In this document: positions 23,721 to 35,622 of the stretch, piece after piece
How the letters are laid out: each line of letters opens with the position of its first letter
Position numbering within the stretch: position 1 is the stretch's first letter
Origin: Octopus vulgaris
Taxonomy: Eukaryota
DNA: 64,000 nt
Reading direction: 5' to 3'
Assembly: GCA_951406725.2 (NCBI GenBank)
Contig: OX597816.1
Coordinates: 3,472,001 to 3,536,000, forward strand
Translations under genes and position numbers: made by a program
Notes under the pieces: generated by a model
The model's input: only the letters and a program-made list of their open reading frames with translations
Told to the model about the DNA's origin: nothing
The model's database searches: none

Positions 23721-25130
23721 TTAAAGACGCTTGTTGCAGCTCAAAGGAAGAAAAGTTCCAAGAACGTACATGTTGCGTTGTTCCCTGAATCTCCTGGAAT
23801 GTAGAGATCGATGCCAGTCAGACATTCCAGCGTTCGAGACACTGTAGATGGCAGCACCAATTCCATTGAAATGGTGAGCGACAGGAATATTCTTTTCTAC
23901 TCTTGGCACAAGGCCCGAAATTTTTGGGGAGGGGGCCAGTCGATTAGATCGACCCCAATACGCAACTGGTACTTAATTTATCGACCCCGAAAGGATGAAA
24001 GGCAAAATCGACTTCAGCGGAATTTGAACTCAGAACGTAAAGACACGAAATACTGTTGAGAATTTCGCCCGGCGTGCTAAAGTTTCTAATTTCTTTATTT
24101 CCCACAAGGGGTTAAACATAGAGAGGACAAACAAGGACAGACAAAGGAATTAAGTCAATTAGATTGACCCCAGTGCGTAACTGGTACTTAATTTATCGAT
24201 CTCGAAAGGATGAAAGGCAAAATCGACCTCGGCGGAATTTGAACTCAGACCGTAAAGACAGACGAAATATCTATTTCTCTACTGCCCATAAAGGGATAAA
24301 CACAGAGAGGACAAACAAACGGATTAAGTCAATTAGATCGACCCCAGTACGTAACTGGTACTTATTTAATCGACCCCGAACGAATGAAAGGCAAAGTCGA
24401 TTTTGGTGGAATTTGAACTCAGAACATAGCAGCAGACGAAATACCGCTAAGCATTTCGCCCGGCGTGCTAACGTTTCGGCCAGCTTACCGCCTTGAACGA
24501 CAGGAATATTATTGAAAGCTTGCGAAAGAACACTGTGAATTTCGCTGGCAGAAGCGATTTAGGTTACAGCCTGTTTCACCAATGTGAGACAGAGCTTGCA
24601 GCTCAGGCATAAAATCCTATTGGCTGAGGTGCAGCTAAAGTTCTGAATGGGTTGTCACAGGGATTAGGGACCAGTGGCTGTAGTGGCATTAATAATGAAG
24701 GGAGTCTGCGGCGGCAGATAGAGTTTAAAGTATCTGGATGTATGAAGGCAGGGTGTTGGGAAGTTGGTAATTAGAAGGATGGAGAATAAGAGAAGGTGTT
24801 GAAGAAAGAGGTGGAGTTTGTGGTGAGAAGGAAGGGTGGGTGGTCGGGGGGATGGCGATGTAGAGGGGTGTGTGGAGAGTAGGTGCGAGTGGTGAGGGTA
24901 GGAGAGCTGTGATATGGAATGGTCGATGGTGTTACGTGGTGATGTGCGGGATTCGTGATGGTTTGAGTGAACCGTCGATTAAAGAAGACATTTTGCATGT
25001 CTTTGGAGTTGAAGTACGAATAAGTCTGGCATCGATCGCGAAGCTGGAAGAATTGAGAGGAAGGAAGAAGACATTTGATGTGTCTGAAATGAGAAAGAAT
25101 AAAATGGAGACAAGATTTCGGTTTAATCAA
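23721..25130 (-). mobile_element. Penelope-like element remnant (RT C-terminal region + GIY-YIG) split by a SINE cluster
   Basis: SHFRHIKCLLPSSQFFQLR (cf. SSHP.H.K.SIPYSQFLRLR), IGETG near 24570, PVAHHFN...RRFREQ...LGTFLP...N at 23721-23890. Confidence 0.75.
23892..24495 (-). mobile_element. SINE type B, internally tandem (3 body units), with TSD
   Basis: Repeated cgaaaggatgaaaggcaaa..cgac units; cgacaggaatatt is duplicated at 23879-23891 and 24498-24510. Confidence 0.88.
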
Positions 25131-25748
25131 ACGTTTTCTTCCTTCCTCAATTCTCCTTTCTAATCACACTTTACTTTGCTAATCCACTTCATTCTTACCC
25201 CTTGTTTTGATGTGTTATTGTGTAAGAGTCCTTCCTCTTGACGATGGTTTCCTTCAGTTGACTCTTGCTATTGCCATCTCATCAGCCGTATAAGCTGCGT
25301 CTATCCTCCATGACTGTCACTTGTAGTCCCTCTGACGCACCCATGAGTTTGTATCTGTATCCATCCATGACTTTTTGCCCTCTGTCGTCTATGTGTTTAC
25401 ATTAATGTCCTTGTGTATTTTATGCTTTGTACTATAACTATTTCTTGGTTGTAACTCGCCTTACGTCCATTTATGGTTTGGATATCTGCAACATTATTCT
25501 CTTTTACTTTTGAACCCTTTCCTTATATTTTTAAGATCCCTTTTTCTCTTTTATCTTCCTCCTTCCTCAGTGTCACAATATTTCTCTTCTCCCACTTCAA
25601 CCTAGCAAATTCTACTACTCTATCCCATCATGCCTCACATCTCCATTTCCAAATCACTTCCTACTGACTTCCTATGAGATCCTAAGCCCTCACAAACCAT
25701 TCCCATCTCCTGTTCCTTTCTTTTTGCCCTATCGTCTATTCTGTAAAG

Positions 25749-27730
25749 CAGGGGTCGGTAACTTCTTTGTCTCCACAGACCGGATCGAGTATTATTGACA
25801 GATAGCGAGCCGGACGAAGGCTATAAAAGAATAATCATGGAACATTACGCTATCTAAAATTTAATTACGACTGCTGACTATACTTAAAAATTACTTGTAT
25901 TAACCATAGATGAATGTAATAATGGAAAAAAACATAATTTATTCAATTTAAGACATCGGTGGAATCATTTGTTCAAAAATTCTCAAAATTACATGGCAGC
26001 CAAAGAATTAATGGGAAACCTAATGTGTTTTGTTCTTTGAAAGTTCCTCAATATTAAGCTTCAAACTTGTTGATGCCAAGGGCAAGATATTGTCAAGATG
26101 ATAATCAGTTAATCTTGTTCTCAAATTATTCTTATTTTGCTTCAATTTGGAAAAGAATTGCTGACACTGATAAGTGCTTCCAAATAAAGAAGCCATATTT
26201 TTTGCTTGATTCACTAAGTTGGTATACTTCCCGCTTGGAAAAACATATTTTGTATAGAAGTCAATCAATGAAACATCTTTAGAATGAAATTTAGATCTCA
26301 AAAATGTCGTCACACTGCATATCAAATGAATTCCATTTGAAAACATTCTGATACTGTCTCCACCTCCACATCAAATGGTGTCGCAAACCATTTAAACTGA
26401 TTTGCATGCAGACGACAGGCAGCAAAACGTGATGCAAATTCATTTCTCAAATCCTGGATTATATTCACAAATACCTCTGAATCCTGTGGTTTCCTTCCTT
26501 GAAATGATGGAAGATGGGCATAATTTTTATTTCTAAGTTGATGTTCCCCCTACTTCAAAGGCAACAATATGGTTGTATATTCATTTACGAGCTGAGTTTT
26601 ACCTGGAAGTTGTAAATCTAAGCTATTTAAATAAGTCCCAATATCCACAATAAATGCCAAAGCAGCAAAGCCAATCGAACTATCCACACGTTTGGTTTCG
26701 AGAAATATCGCCACCTCTTTGTGTAAGGCAAGTACTCTTTTTAGCACTGATCCTCGGCTAAGCCAGCATACATCGCAGAAATAAGCAAGGTCGCTATATT
26801 CTGCCTCAATATCTGATGTCTTAAATTGAATAAATGATGTTTAAATTGACGATGATTCAATCCACGAGATAGGATCAGATTCACGGCCTTCACAACAATA
26901 TCCATAACATTTTTAAATTTCAAAGACTTGGAACACAATGTCCCTTGATGGATAATGCAATGAATTTTAACTAGTTCCAAGGTTTGCTATATGATCTTGC
27001 AGTAGTGCAACAAACCTTCTTTGCTGGGGCACCATCATTTGGGATGCCAATTAGCTTCGAAAAACTCAAACTTCATTTCTGATATCATTTTCAACAAAGC
27101 TTCAATAATGTCTACTCTGGTTACGGTTTCCTTCATCGGAATTAGCTGAATAAATTCTTCAGAGATCTGAAAAGTTGGAGTCACTCCTCGCACGGAGACA
27201 ACAAGCTGTGCAGTGCCACTTAAGTCTGTACTCTTATCGACTGCAATCGAAAAACATTGTAATTCACTGCAGGCGTTGATTAATTGATTTTTAACATCTG
27301 CTGACATTTCTTCGGAGACAGGCTGATAGTTTCAAATAAAAACTCTTTTCTGGACAAACAACATCCAATACTGCCAATAAGCAGTCTTTGAAAAAAATCA
27401 CCATCTGTAAAAAGTCTCATCTTCTCAGCGACGCGTTCATAGCTGACAATTGTATTTGCCACATTTTCGCCTTCTCCGTTTTAAAAAAAAATGACATTTA
27501 TTTTCCAAAACTAGACTCCAACCGCTGGGTTTCATTTTCCCTTGCTTGTCCAGTAAATCTTCTCAAATTCTCCCAGTGGTGCGTCTCGTAATTCCGCCTA
27601 TCATTTGCTATCTTATTCACAGCAATGCTTTCTCGACATATGAGACGAATCGGGTTCCCACTGCGCTCAATGAAGAAGTAATCTAATGTCCAAGTTCAGC
27701 ATCAGCATTCAGCATCGACCTTTCTCCCAT
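25749..27730 (-). mobile_element. Decayed hAT Charlie/SPIN-type (GTF2IRD2-like) transposase element
   Basis: TIR-like caggggtcggtaac at 25749. Fragments FSIAVDKSTDLSGTAQL, IHCIIHQ...CSKSLK...LNHRQFK and SLFGSTYQCQQFFSKLK...RTRLTD, with many frameshifts. Confidence 0.9.
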
Positions 27731-27741
27731 AAAAGGCCTAA

Positions 27742-28091
27742 ACGAGCAGAAGTAGTGGGGGAGCATCATAGCCATGTGTTGTGAGGGATTCTTTGGGGTT
27801 TGAATAATTCACCCCTGGAAACATAGGTTTTTCGTTCAACATCCTTAAACAACCCTTATTCAGGGACCTTTTGAGCGAGATGGGTTATTCGACCAGAAGA
27901 AAATTCTAACTGGGCCCTACCTGCGAAGTTATGTGCTGTTTATCTTGATATGAAATCACCATGTCACGTACATATTGTTGTGATGCATGTGCCTAGTATA
28001 CCCTTATCAGACGGGTAGTCATGATGGGTATACTGGGCTTCGTATATTTTACCCCAGTGTCACTTTGATGGCATGCACTGCTCTCTCAGTC
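27742..28091 (+). mobile_element. (TAA)n-associated non-coding retroelement, 5'-truncated copy
   Basis: Homologous to 45268-45823 and 47376-47783, with the same 3' end followed by (TAA)n. Confidence 0.8.
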
Positions 28092-28095
28092 AATG

Positions 28096-28190
<95 letters not shown>

Positions 28191-28394
28191 CAGACAAATA
28201 CATAACAAAAACACCAGGACTTACAAACACATATAACATACAGAAAATTGCACTACTAGGCACTGCACACATCCTACGCAGAACACTTTCCATACAGTAA
28301 CCATCAGAGCATCACAACAAATCACAGCAAATACCCAAGGCACACAGAGCTGCGCTCGGTAGTGAAGTGAAAGCACGTGATAAAAAATATACTA

Positions 28395-28397
<3 letters not shown>
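28191..28397 (+). mobile_element. R4/Dong 3' end inserted in (TAA)n
   Basis: Encodes IQKIALLGTAHILRRTLSIQ*, then a short UTR; (TAA)n on both sides. Confidence 0.8.
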
Positions 28398-28447
<50 letters not shown>

Positions 28448-29070
28448 ATACAAGCTTTGAAATGAAGTAGTCACTTGCATTAACACAAACAAATGCACAC
28501 ACGTATTCATATAGAAAAGCAACCAGAAACAGACACACATACACACACACACACACACGCACATCGGAATACTAAGTTTGGCAGATAATAATAGCTGAAG
28601 TGGTTTCATGACCTCGAGTGAAACACGTTGCGTCATTTGTAGGAATTCTCATAAAAGTCCATTAATATTGACTCAGCCAGTCGAATCGTTAGCAACGAGA
28701 GCTTCCAGTCTCATTGATAATTGTCCGCTAATATTTTGAAATTGCATATAATTACAAACTCACTAATCAACAAATTACGTTTTAAATTCTCTTACACAAT
28801 CTTCGACAACAATGATTTCAATTGCTCGGCGCAATCAATATTAAAGTTTATACTTCACTCATCGTTAGAAGCATAATGAGCTCTTAAGATGGAGTCGACA
28901 TCAATACAGAACGAGGACTGGTTTCTATTTAATGGGTTCCTGGTGTTTATGATTGTCGTTGACCGCGCCGGGAAAAATGAGACAAACTTGTGACCCCCGA
29001 GGAAATTTGCGTCGTAAAACTAAGCAGTAAAACATCTGAAAATTATACGTACATACATACATGCATACAA

Positions 29071-29135
<65 letters not shown>

Positions 29136-29138
29136 CAC

Positions 29139-29207
<69 letters not shown>

Positions 29208-29210
<3 letters not shown>

Positions 29211-29610
29211 CGCAGGAGTGGCTGTGTGGTAAGTAGCTTGTTTACCAACCACATGGTTCCGGGTTCAGTCCCACTGCGTGGCACCTTGGGCAAGTATCTT
29301 CTACTATAGCCTCGGGCCGACCAAAGCCCTGTGAGTGGATTTGGTAGACGGAAACTGAAAGAAGCCTGTCGTATATATGTATATATATATATGAGTGTGT
29401 GTGTGTGTCTGTGTTTGTCCCCTTAGCATTGCTTGAAACCGATGCTGGTGTGTTTATGTCCCCGTTACTTAGCGGTTCGGCAAAAGTGACCGATAGAATA
29501 AGTACTGGGATTACAAAAGAATAAGTCCCGGGATCAAGTAGCTCGATTAAAAGCGGTGCTCCAGCATGGCCGCAGTCAAATGACTGAAACAAGTAAAAGA
29601 GTAAAAGAGT
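29208..29610 (+). mobile_element. SINE type A, full length
   Basis: A/B boxes, CORE-like ccttgggcaagt, internal microsatellite, tail ...gactgaaacaa(gtaaaaga)2. Confidence 0.92.
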
Positions 29611-30026
29611 ATATATATATATATGTATAATATTGACATAACTGTAATAACTGTATGATATATTGATATATTGATTGTAAAATTAGTATCCTTATAACTT
29701 TCATAAACATCTGTTTATATATTATATTATTTTCTATATTATATATACTATCTATTGTGAATAGCAGAATACATCTAATATTACTAATAATAATATTAGT
29801 AATAACTGAATATTATATATGCTTATGGATGTAGATGTGTATGTATATTTCAGTATTTATAAATAGTTAACATTTCTTTTTACTAACATTTATTTTTCCT
29901 TCTTTTATTCCACATTTCTGTTCATTATTTACTAAAGTAAAATTATTCCAACAACTTCTAGTTATATAATTTTAGATTGTCATGTCTTAATATGCGATGT
30001 AAATAGCAAAATAAGTTCATATAAGA

Positions 30027-30131
30027 TAGACCTGAAGATTGGCAATATAATCGTTTTAATATGGTATTGTATAGAGATATTCTATTTCAGCAATATCGAG
30101 GAATATATTGTCATGAAACGCGCGTAGTCTA
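30027..30131 (+). ncRNA. Penelope-type minimal type I hammerhead ribozyme (core intact)
   Basis: tagac-CTGAAGA-t-tggcaatata...tatattgtca-t-GAAA-cgcgcg-TA-gtcta: 5-bp stem I, 10-bp stem II, palindromic stem III. Confidence 0.7.
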
Positions 30132-30289
30132 GATAATGTAAAGTATATGATTTGTAATAAGAAGTGAAGGTATTAATTTTGATAATTTGGAAAAGAATTG
30201 CGGGTATTAATTTTGATAATTTTAATATTTAGTCCCATATGTACATATGATGGATAATGTCATTCAATGATGATTGAGTTGCTTGAGGG

Positions 30290-30553
30290 TGATTATGAAG
30301 TTGAAGAACTTTTTGGCCCATGAAACTGCATGGTTCCTAAGTAAAGCATGTGTAAAATTTGAATGAAATCGGCTGGGTAGTTCTCGAGTTTTAGTGCTGC
30401 TCACATACATACATACATACATACATACATACATACATACATACATACATACATACATACATACATACGTACATACATACATACATACATACATACAGAC
30501 TGACAGACAGACTGACAGGCACACACACATTCTCAGTTATATATATATATAGA
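30290..30553 (-). mobile_element. Helitron-like 5' fragment with internal (CATA)n
   Basis: Terminus ...tatatagat and upstream aaatttgaatgaaatcgg...tctcgagt resemble the 5' part of the 610-991 element. Confidence 0.5.
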
Positions 30554-30877
30554 TGTATATGTACATGTATTTATGTATATATATGTGTGCGTGTATGTAT
30601 GTGTGTGTGCATTTGTTGCTCTATGTCAAATGAATGGGAAAGGAGTGCTCAATACATGTTGTAAAGGATAAGTTTTTTTATACTGAAACTGAAACTGAGA
30701 GTGTGTCTCAAGATTCGAGTTTCACATGTTGCTATCTTTGCATTCTCGTCTGGAGATCGCAGATGCATGAAATTCGAGCCACGAGACAAACCATAAGTTT
30801 CAGTTTCAATTTCAATGCAATATATATATATATCTAAATACACATACACACACACACATACACGTGCTGAGCTGAGC

Positions 30878-31218
30878 TGAGACCCCCTTCGGTCATGACT
30901 GACCATGAGATTGCACCTAGAAAGTTACCCTCCCAGGCATAGGTCCGGGCAAGGTTGTTCATGGAAGACCAGCAGTCGCCCATGAACACCGGCCTCCCCT
31001 CTCCATACTACTGATGTTATCCAAGGGAAAGGCAAAAGGTGCCGATACAGCTTGGCACCTGTGACGTCGCAGCTCATTTCTACACCTGAATGAACTGGAG
31101 CAACGTGAAATAAAGTGTCTTGCTCAAGAACACAACACGCAGCCCGGTCCGGGATTCGAACTCCCAACCTAACGATCGTAAGCTCAATGTTCTAACTACT
31201 GAGCCATGCGCCTTCACA
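30878..31218 (-). mobile_element. tRNA-derived CORE-like SINE type D
   Basis: Minus: tggctcagtagttag...gttcgaatccc, CORE-like ttgtgttcttgagcaagacactttatttcacgttgctccag, distinct tail. Confidence 0.8.
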
Positions 31219-31529
31219 TAATATATATACATATATAGAGAGCAATAGACAGATAGAGAAAGAGAGCGAGATAGATAGATAGAGGGAGCGAGAGGGAGAG
31301 AGAGAGAAAGAGAGAGAAAGAAAGAGGGAGATATTTAAAGGGAAATATATGGATTTAGCTAATCCGGTATTACTCATAAAAAAGCTACTTAATGGATCAA
31401 GTCACAGACCGCATAGCTAAGCAAAACAAAAGAGAGGGATGTGATGTAGAGTCCGATGCTGCTGAAATCCAGTAAATCCAATTAGTAATGATTATTTCAT
31501 TAAGGTTGTATAAAAAATTTAAAGAGAGG

Positions 31530-32070
31530 AGGTATAAGATGAAAAAAATTATTTCACCAATTGACATCCATACAACCGTTTTGCAGCCTTTATCGTATAA
31601 AAGCAATTTATCTTATTGTGTAATAAATATATAATTACATAAATAAATAATACATTATTTTACTTGCCTGTATTAATGTATATAATATGAATTATATAAT
31701 TCAGTTGTATAATTTATAAATTAATACAGGTGTAAAGACTTGCTCATCAGGTCAATTAATATTCTACTTACCTTACCTTTCTTTCATCGCCTCAGTACGT
31801 ATATATATATATATATATATATATGCATGTATATATGAAAGAAGAGTAAAGTACGATATTGACTTGATGAGCAAGTCTTTATACCTGTATTAATTTATAA
31901 ATTATACAACTGAATTATATAATTCATATTATATACATTAGTACAGGTAAGAAAAATAATTTATTACTTATTTATTGTACAATAAAATAAATCATTTCTA
32001 TATGATAAACGGCGAAATGAGCGATAGGATGGATGTCAATTGGTGAAATAAAATTTTTCATCTTGTACCT
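31530..32070. repeat. ~240-bp-arm inverted repeat with (TA)n spacer; each arm holds a hammerhead relic
   Basis: 31530-31790 is an imperfect reverse complement of 31836-32070 (e.g. tataatatgaattatataattcagttgtataatttataaattaatacagg). Confidence 0.85.
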
Positions 32071-32097
32071 TATTATATTATATTATATTATATTATA

Positions 32098-32400
32098 CGA
32101 GGGCGAGTCAAAAAGTAATGCCATTTTGTTTAGGACAGGTATAATTACCAACACAGGAACACGTGTCATACAACAAAATGAAGCTGGTCCTCTGTGGATC
32201 ACATCCCTACTCCTCAACATAGTCACCGTTTCTCTCAATGGCAATGTTCCACCTTCGAATGAGAGCATGTATCGCTGCCCCGTAAAATTCTGTTGACTGT
32301 TCTTTGAGCCACTTCTTCACTACAGTTTTCATTTCCTCGTCACTGGACTATCATTTCTTCGGCCCCATGAAAGAGGGTTTGAGAGGCTAACGTTATTCCT
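32098..32400 (-). mobile_element. mariner 3' fragment with a small inverted segment
   Basis: TIR-like ta|cgagggcgagtcaaaaagt. Minus strand reads SDEEMKTVVKKWL...IHALIRRWNIAIERNGDYVEE*. Plus strand reads DYHFFGPMKEGLRG at 32347-32400. Confidence 0.8.
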
Positions 32401-32506
32401 GCACACAACAAAATGGCATATATATACATATATATATACACATATATATGTATATATATATATGTATGTATATATATGTGTATATATATATACATACATG
32501 CATGCA

Positions 32507-32592
<86 letters not shown>

Positions 32593-32619
32593 ACTATACA
32601 CACACATATATATGTATAC

Positions 32620-32985
32620 AGTGGTTTCAAATTTTGGTACATGACCAGCAATTCTGGGGTGGGACCTAAGTCGCTTACTTCGATCCTAGTATTCAACTGG
32701 GCCTTAATTTATCGACTTCGGCGGAGTTTGAACTAAGAACGTAAAGACAGACGAAATACCTATTTCTTTACTACCCATAAAGGGGCTAAACACTGAGAGG
32801 ACAAACAAGGACAGACAAACGGATTAAGTCAAATACATCGACCCCAGTGCATAACTGGTACTTAATTTATCGACCCCGAAAGGATGAAAGGCAAAGTCGA
32901 CCTCGGCGGAAGTTGAACTCAGAACATAAAGACAGATAAAATACCGTTAAACATTTTGTCTGGTGCGCTAACAATTCTTCCAGTA
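32620..32985 (-). mobile_element. SINE type B (dimeric)
   Basis: Same body as 4550 and 13586, on the minus strand. Confidence 0.85.
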
Positions 32986-33139
32986 CAGTATAAATATTGA
33001 TATCCATGCGATTGATTTAACCGATCGGTTTTGCACAGGAGTTAAAGGATAATCTAAGACGGTACTCGTCAGAAGGGATAGTATGAAAAATATATCGATG
33101 GCTATTATAATTTAATACTGTTTCTATTGCATATAAATC

Positions 33140-33590
33140 CTTTAAAAATGTTTCAGCCCGAAAGCTGCGGCCATACTGGGGCACCATCGTTGAATTAGCT
33201 ACAGTAGTATGTGAAACCACCTCTGATACGTGGCACTTGATCAACAAGAGAGTTCGACGCCGCTGCCCGCATCTCTGTTTCCTGCCGAGAGGTAGGTTCA
33301 TCTGGAACCTCTGACAAGAAGAGATCCAGTTTAGTTTTAAAGAAACCCACATCTACACCATGAAGGTCTCTCAGGCATTTAGGAAGGATATTGAAGAGCT
33401 GTGGTCCCCTGAAACCCAAGCAGTTGCAGTATCTGGTCCTGTATTTTGATGGTGATGCTGGGATCTTTGGCACCATGCAGTGGCGTCCCATTCTGCTGTT
33501 GGGGTAACTTTCAATGCCAAAATTCGGGATAAAACCCTCCAAGATTTTCCAGATGTATATCACTGCATATCTCTCCCGCCTTCGCTCCAG
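33140..33590 (-). mobile_element. CR1/L2-group LINE 3' end
   Basis: LERRRERYAVIYIWKILEG...GPQLFNILPK...FKTKLDLFLSEVPDEP...NSL; short 3'UTR with a hairpin. Confidence 0.85.
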
Positions 33591-34154
33591 GCGGGAGAGA
33601 TATGCAGTGGACTTTTTTATTCAAATGGGCGGCTGTTCGCAATATCAGTGAATGTTTTAGTCATTGTTTCCATCATATAGGAGATGACATATCTCGACTA
33701 AACGTGTCTCTGGTTGTAAGTACATGCAATCGTTAAGTCCCAACGTAATCGAAACCGACCTGTCAATCACTCTAGATGCTACTGGAAGGATTTTCTTCTT
33801 CCTGCAATATATATTGTGTTTTTCAACACATTGCATCCACGAGAAAAGCTATCTCTGGACATGTACTGCAGTAAATTGCCTTTCAACGATGTATGTACAG
33901 TGAATATGATACATAAGCGTACCCAACTTCCACCAGCTTTTCATTTGTTTTTTCATGGTTTTCATGTTTATAAAATTCTCTCTCTCGATAAGAAGACGCT
34001 TGCTCAAGGTGCTGTGCAGTGGGACTGAACCCGAAGCTACATCGCTGCAAACTGAAGCTCTTAAACATACAACCAAGTCTACATTTATCAACCAACTCTA
34101 AATTTAACCGATAATATTATATAATTATACAGCTCGTAATATTACTTTGAACTA

Positions 34155-34545
34155 AGGCGATATTTCGTCTGCCGTTACGTTCTGAGTTCAAATTCCGCCG
34201 AGGACGATTTTGCCTTTCATCTTTTCGGGGTCGATGAATTAAGTACCAGTTATGCACTGGGGTCGATGTAATCGACTTAATACGTTTGTCTGTCCTTGTT
34301 TATCCCCTCTATGTTTAGCCCCTTGTGGGCAATAAAGAAATAAGAATCGTTAGCACGCCGAGCGAAATGCTTTGCGGTATTTCGTCTGTCTTTACGTTCT
34401 GAGTTCAAAACCCACCGAGGTCGACTTTGCCTTTCATCCTTTCGGGGTCGATAAATTAAGTATCAGTTGCGTACTGGGATCGATCTAATCGACTGGATCC
34501 CTCCCCTAAAATTTCGGGTCTTGTGTTTAGAGTAGAAAAGAATAT
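34155..34545 (+). mobile_element. SINE type B (dimeric)
   Basis: Two consecutive bodies, ending agagtagaaaagaatatt. Confidence 0.85.
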
Positions 34546-35622
34546 TTCGTTGAACTATCTGAGGTTTTTCGATTCGTAATAAACCGTAATAATAAATTAT
34601 ATTTAATCAATACCCTTTATTTTCTAATATAATTGTCTTCTAGTGTTACTGACTCCTTTACTTTTCACATTGCTTAAGAAATCTCTTATAAACTTTATCA
34701 TTTTAATTTCGTATAATTTATTTAACTTATTTACACCTCTTATTTTGTATTTCATTCATTCTCTAAATGTTTGTCATACATTTTGCCTTATTTCCCTCCC
34801 GATTTAAGGTAATAAATAAAAATTTTCATTATATTTCTATTTCCTCGTTGAGACTTCAGAACTTTTGAGTGATTTTGTTTATGTTTTTATTAAGTGAAAT
34901 ATAATTTACCTCTATTTTAATAGGAATATAAATTTTCACTACGCTTTCTTCGCATCAGCTAAAATTTTATTGAAATTTAATATCTTTTCATATAATAGAA
35001 AATCAGAAGTCTTTAAAAACTTTTTATATTCTTTAAAAATATTTTTTCCGGCGCCTTTTATATTCACAAATAAATTTATATTGAGCTAATATATTTTTTT
35101 ATATTGAGTTAATACTTTGCAATGCTTCATAAGTTTTACTTTACATTAATACGCCTGTTACGTATGAATACTGGCTTGTTAAAAATTTCAAATTTTGCTA
35201 TTTCATTTTCATGTTTTCTTTAAAAAAAAATTAGCAGCAATATTGGCAACGTCCAAAACACCAAACTTACTCAACTGTCTTGGAATTGAACCTGAAATCA
35301 TTGTTTCCCGGTGTGAAAATAATGATAAACAACAAACAGGATTCTGTCAATGATTCATGACATCATCAAACAACGACCCATTCAGATCTCTGCCAGACAC
35401 TTCATGCACTTGTTTCTTTATCAGTAGATAATTGACCAACGGAAACAATAGAGCCAACAAATGATTAGTTAATTTGATCAGAATTGTAATAAACAACGTA
35501 TTGTTTTGTTATTAACGATTTTGTCTTTGGCGCCTTCTCTTGGAAAGAGCTTGGCTATATATAAACGATGTGCTCGGTAATTGGTTAATGCGCGGTTCAC
35601 ATTGGCTGCCGGTATATACGCT

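Noticed and set aside
29208-29280. SINE heads as genuine tRNA genes
   Set aside because: A/B boxes are present, but there is no intact cloverleaf or terminator and they continue into repeat bodies.
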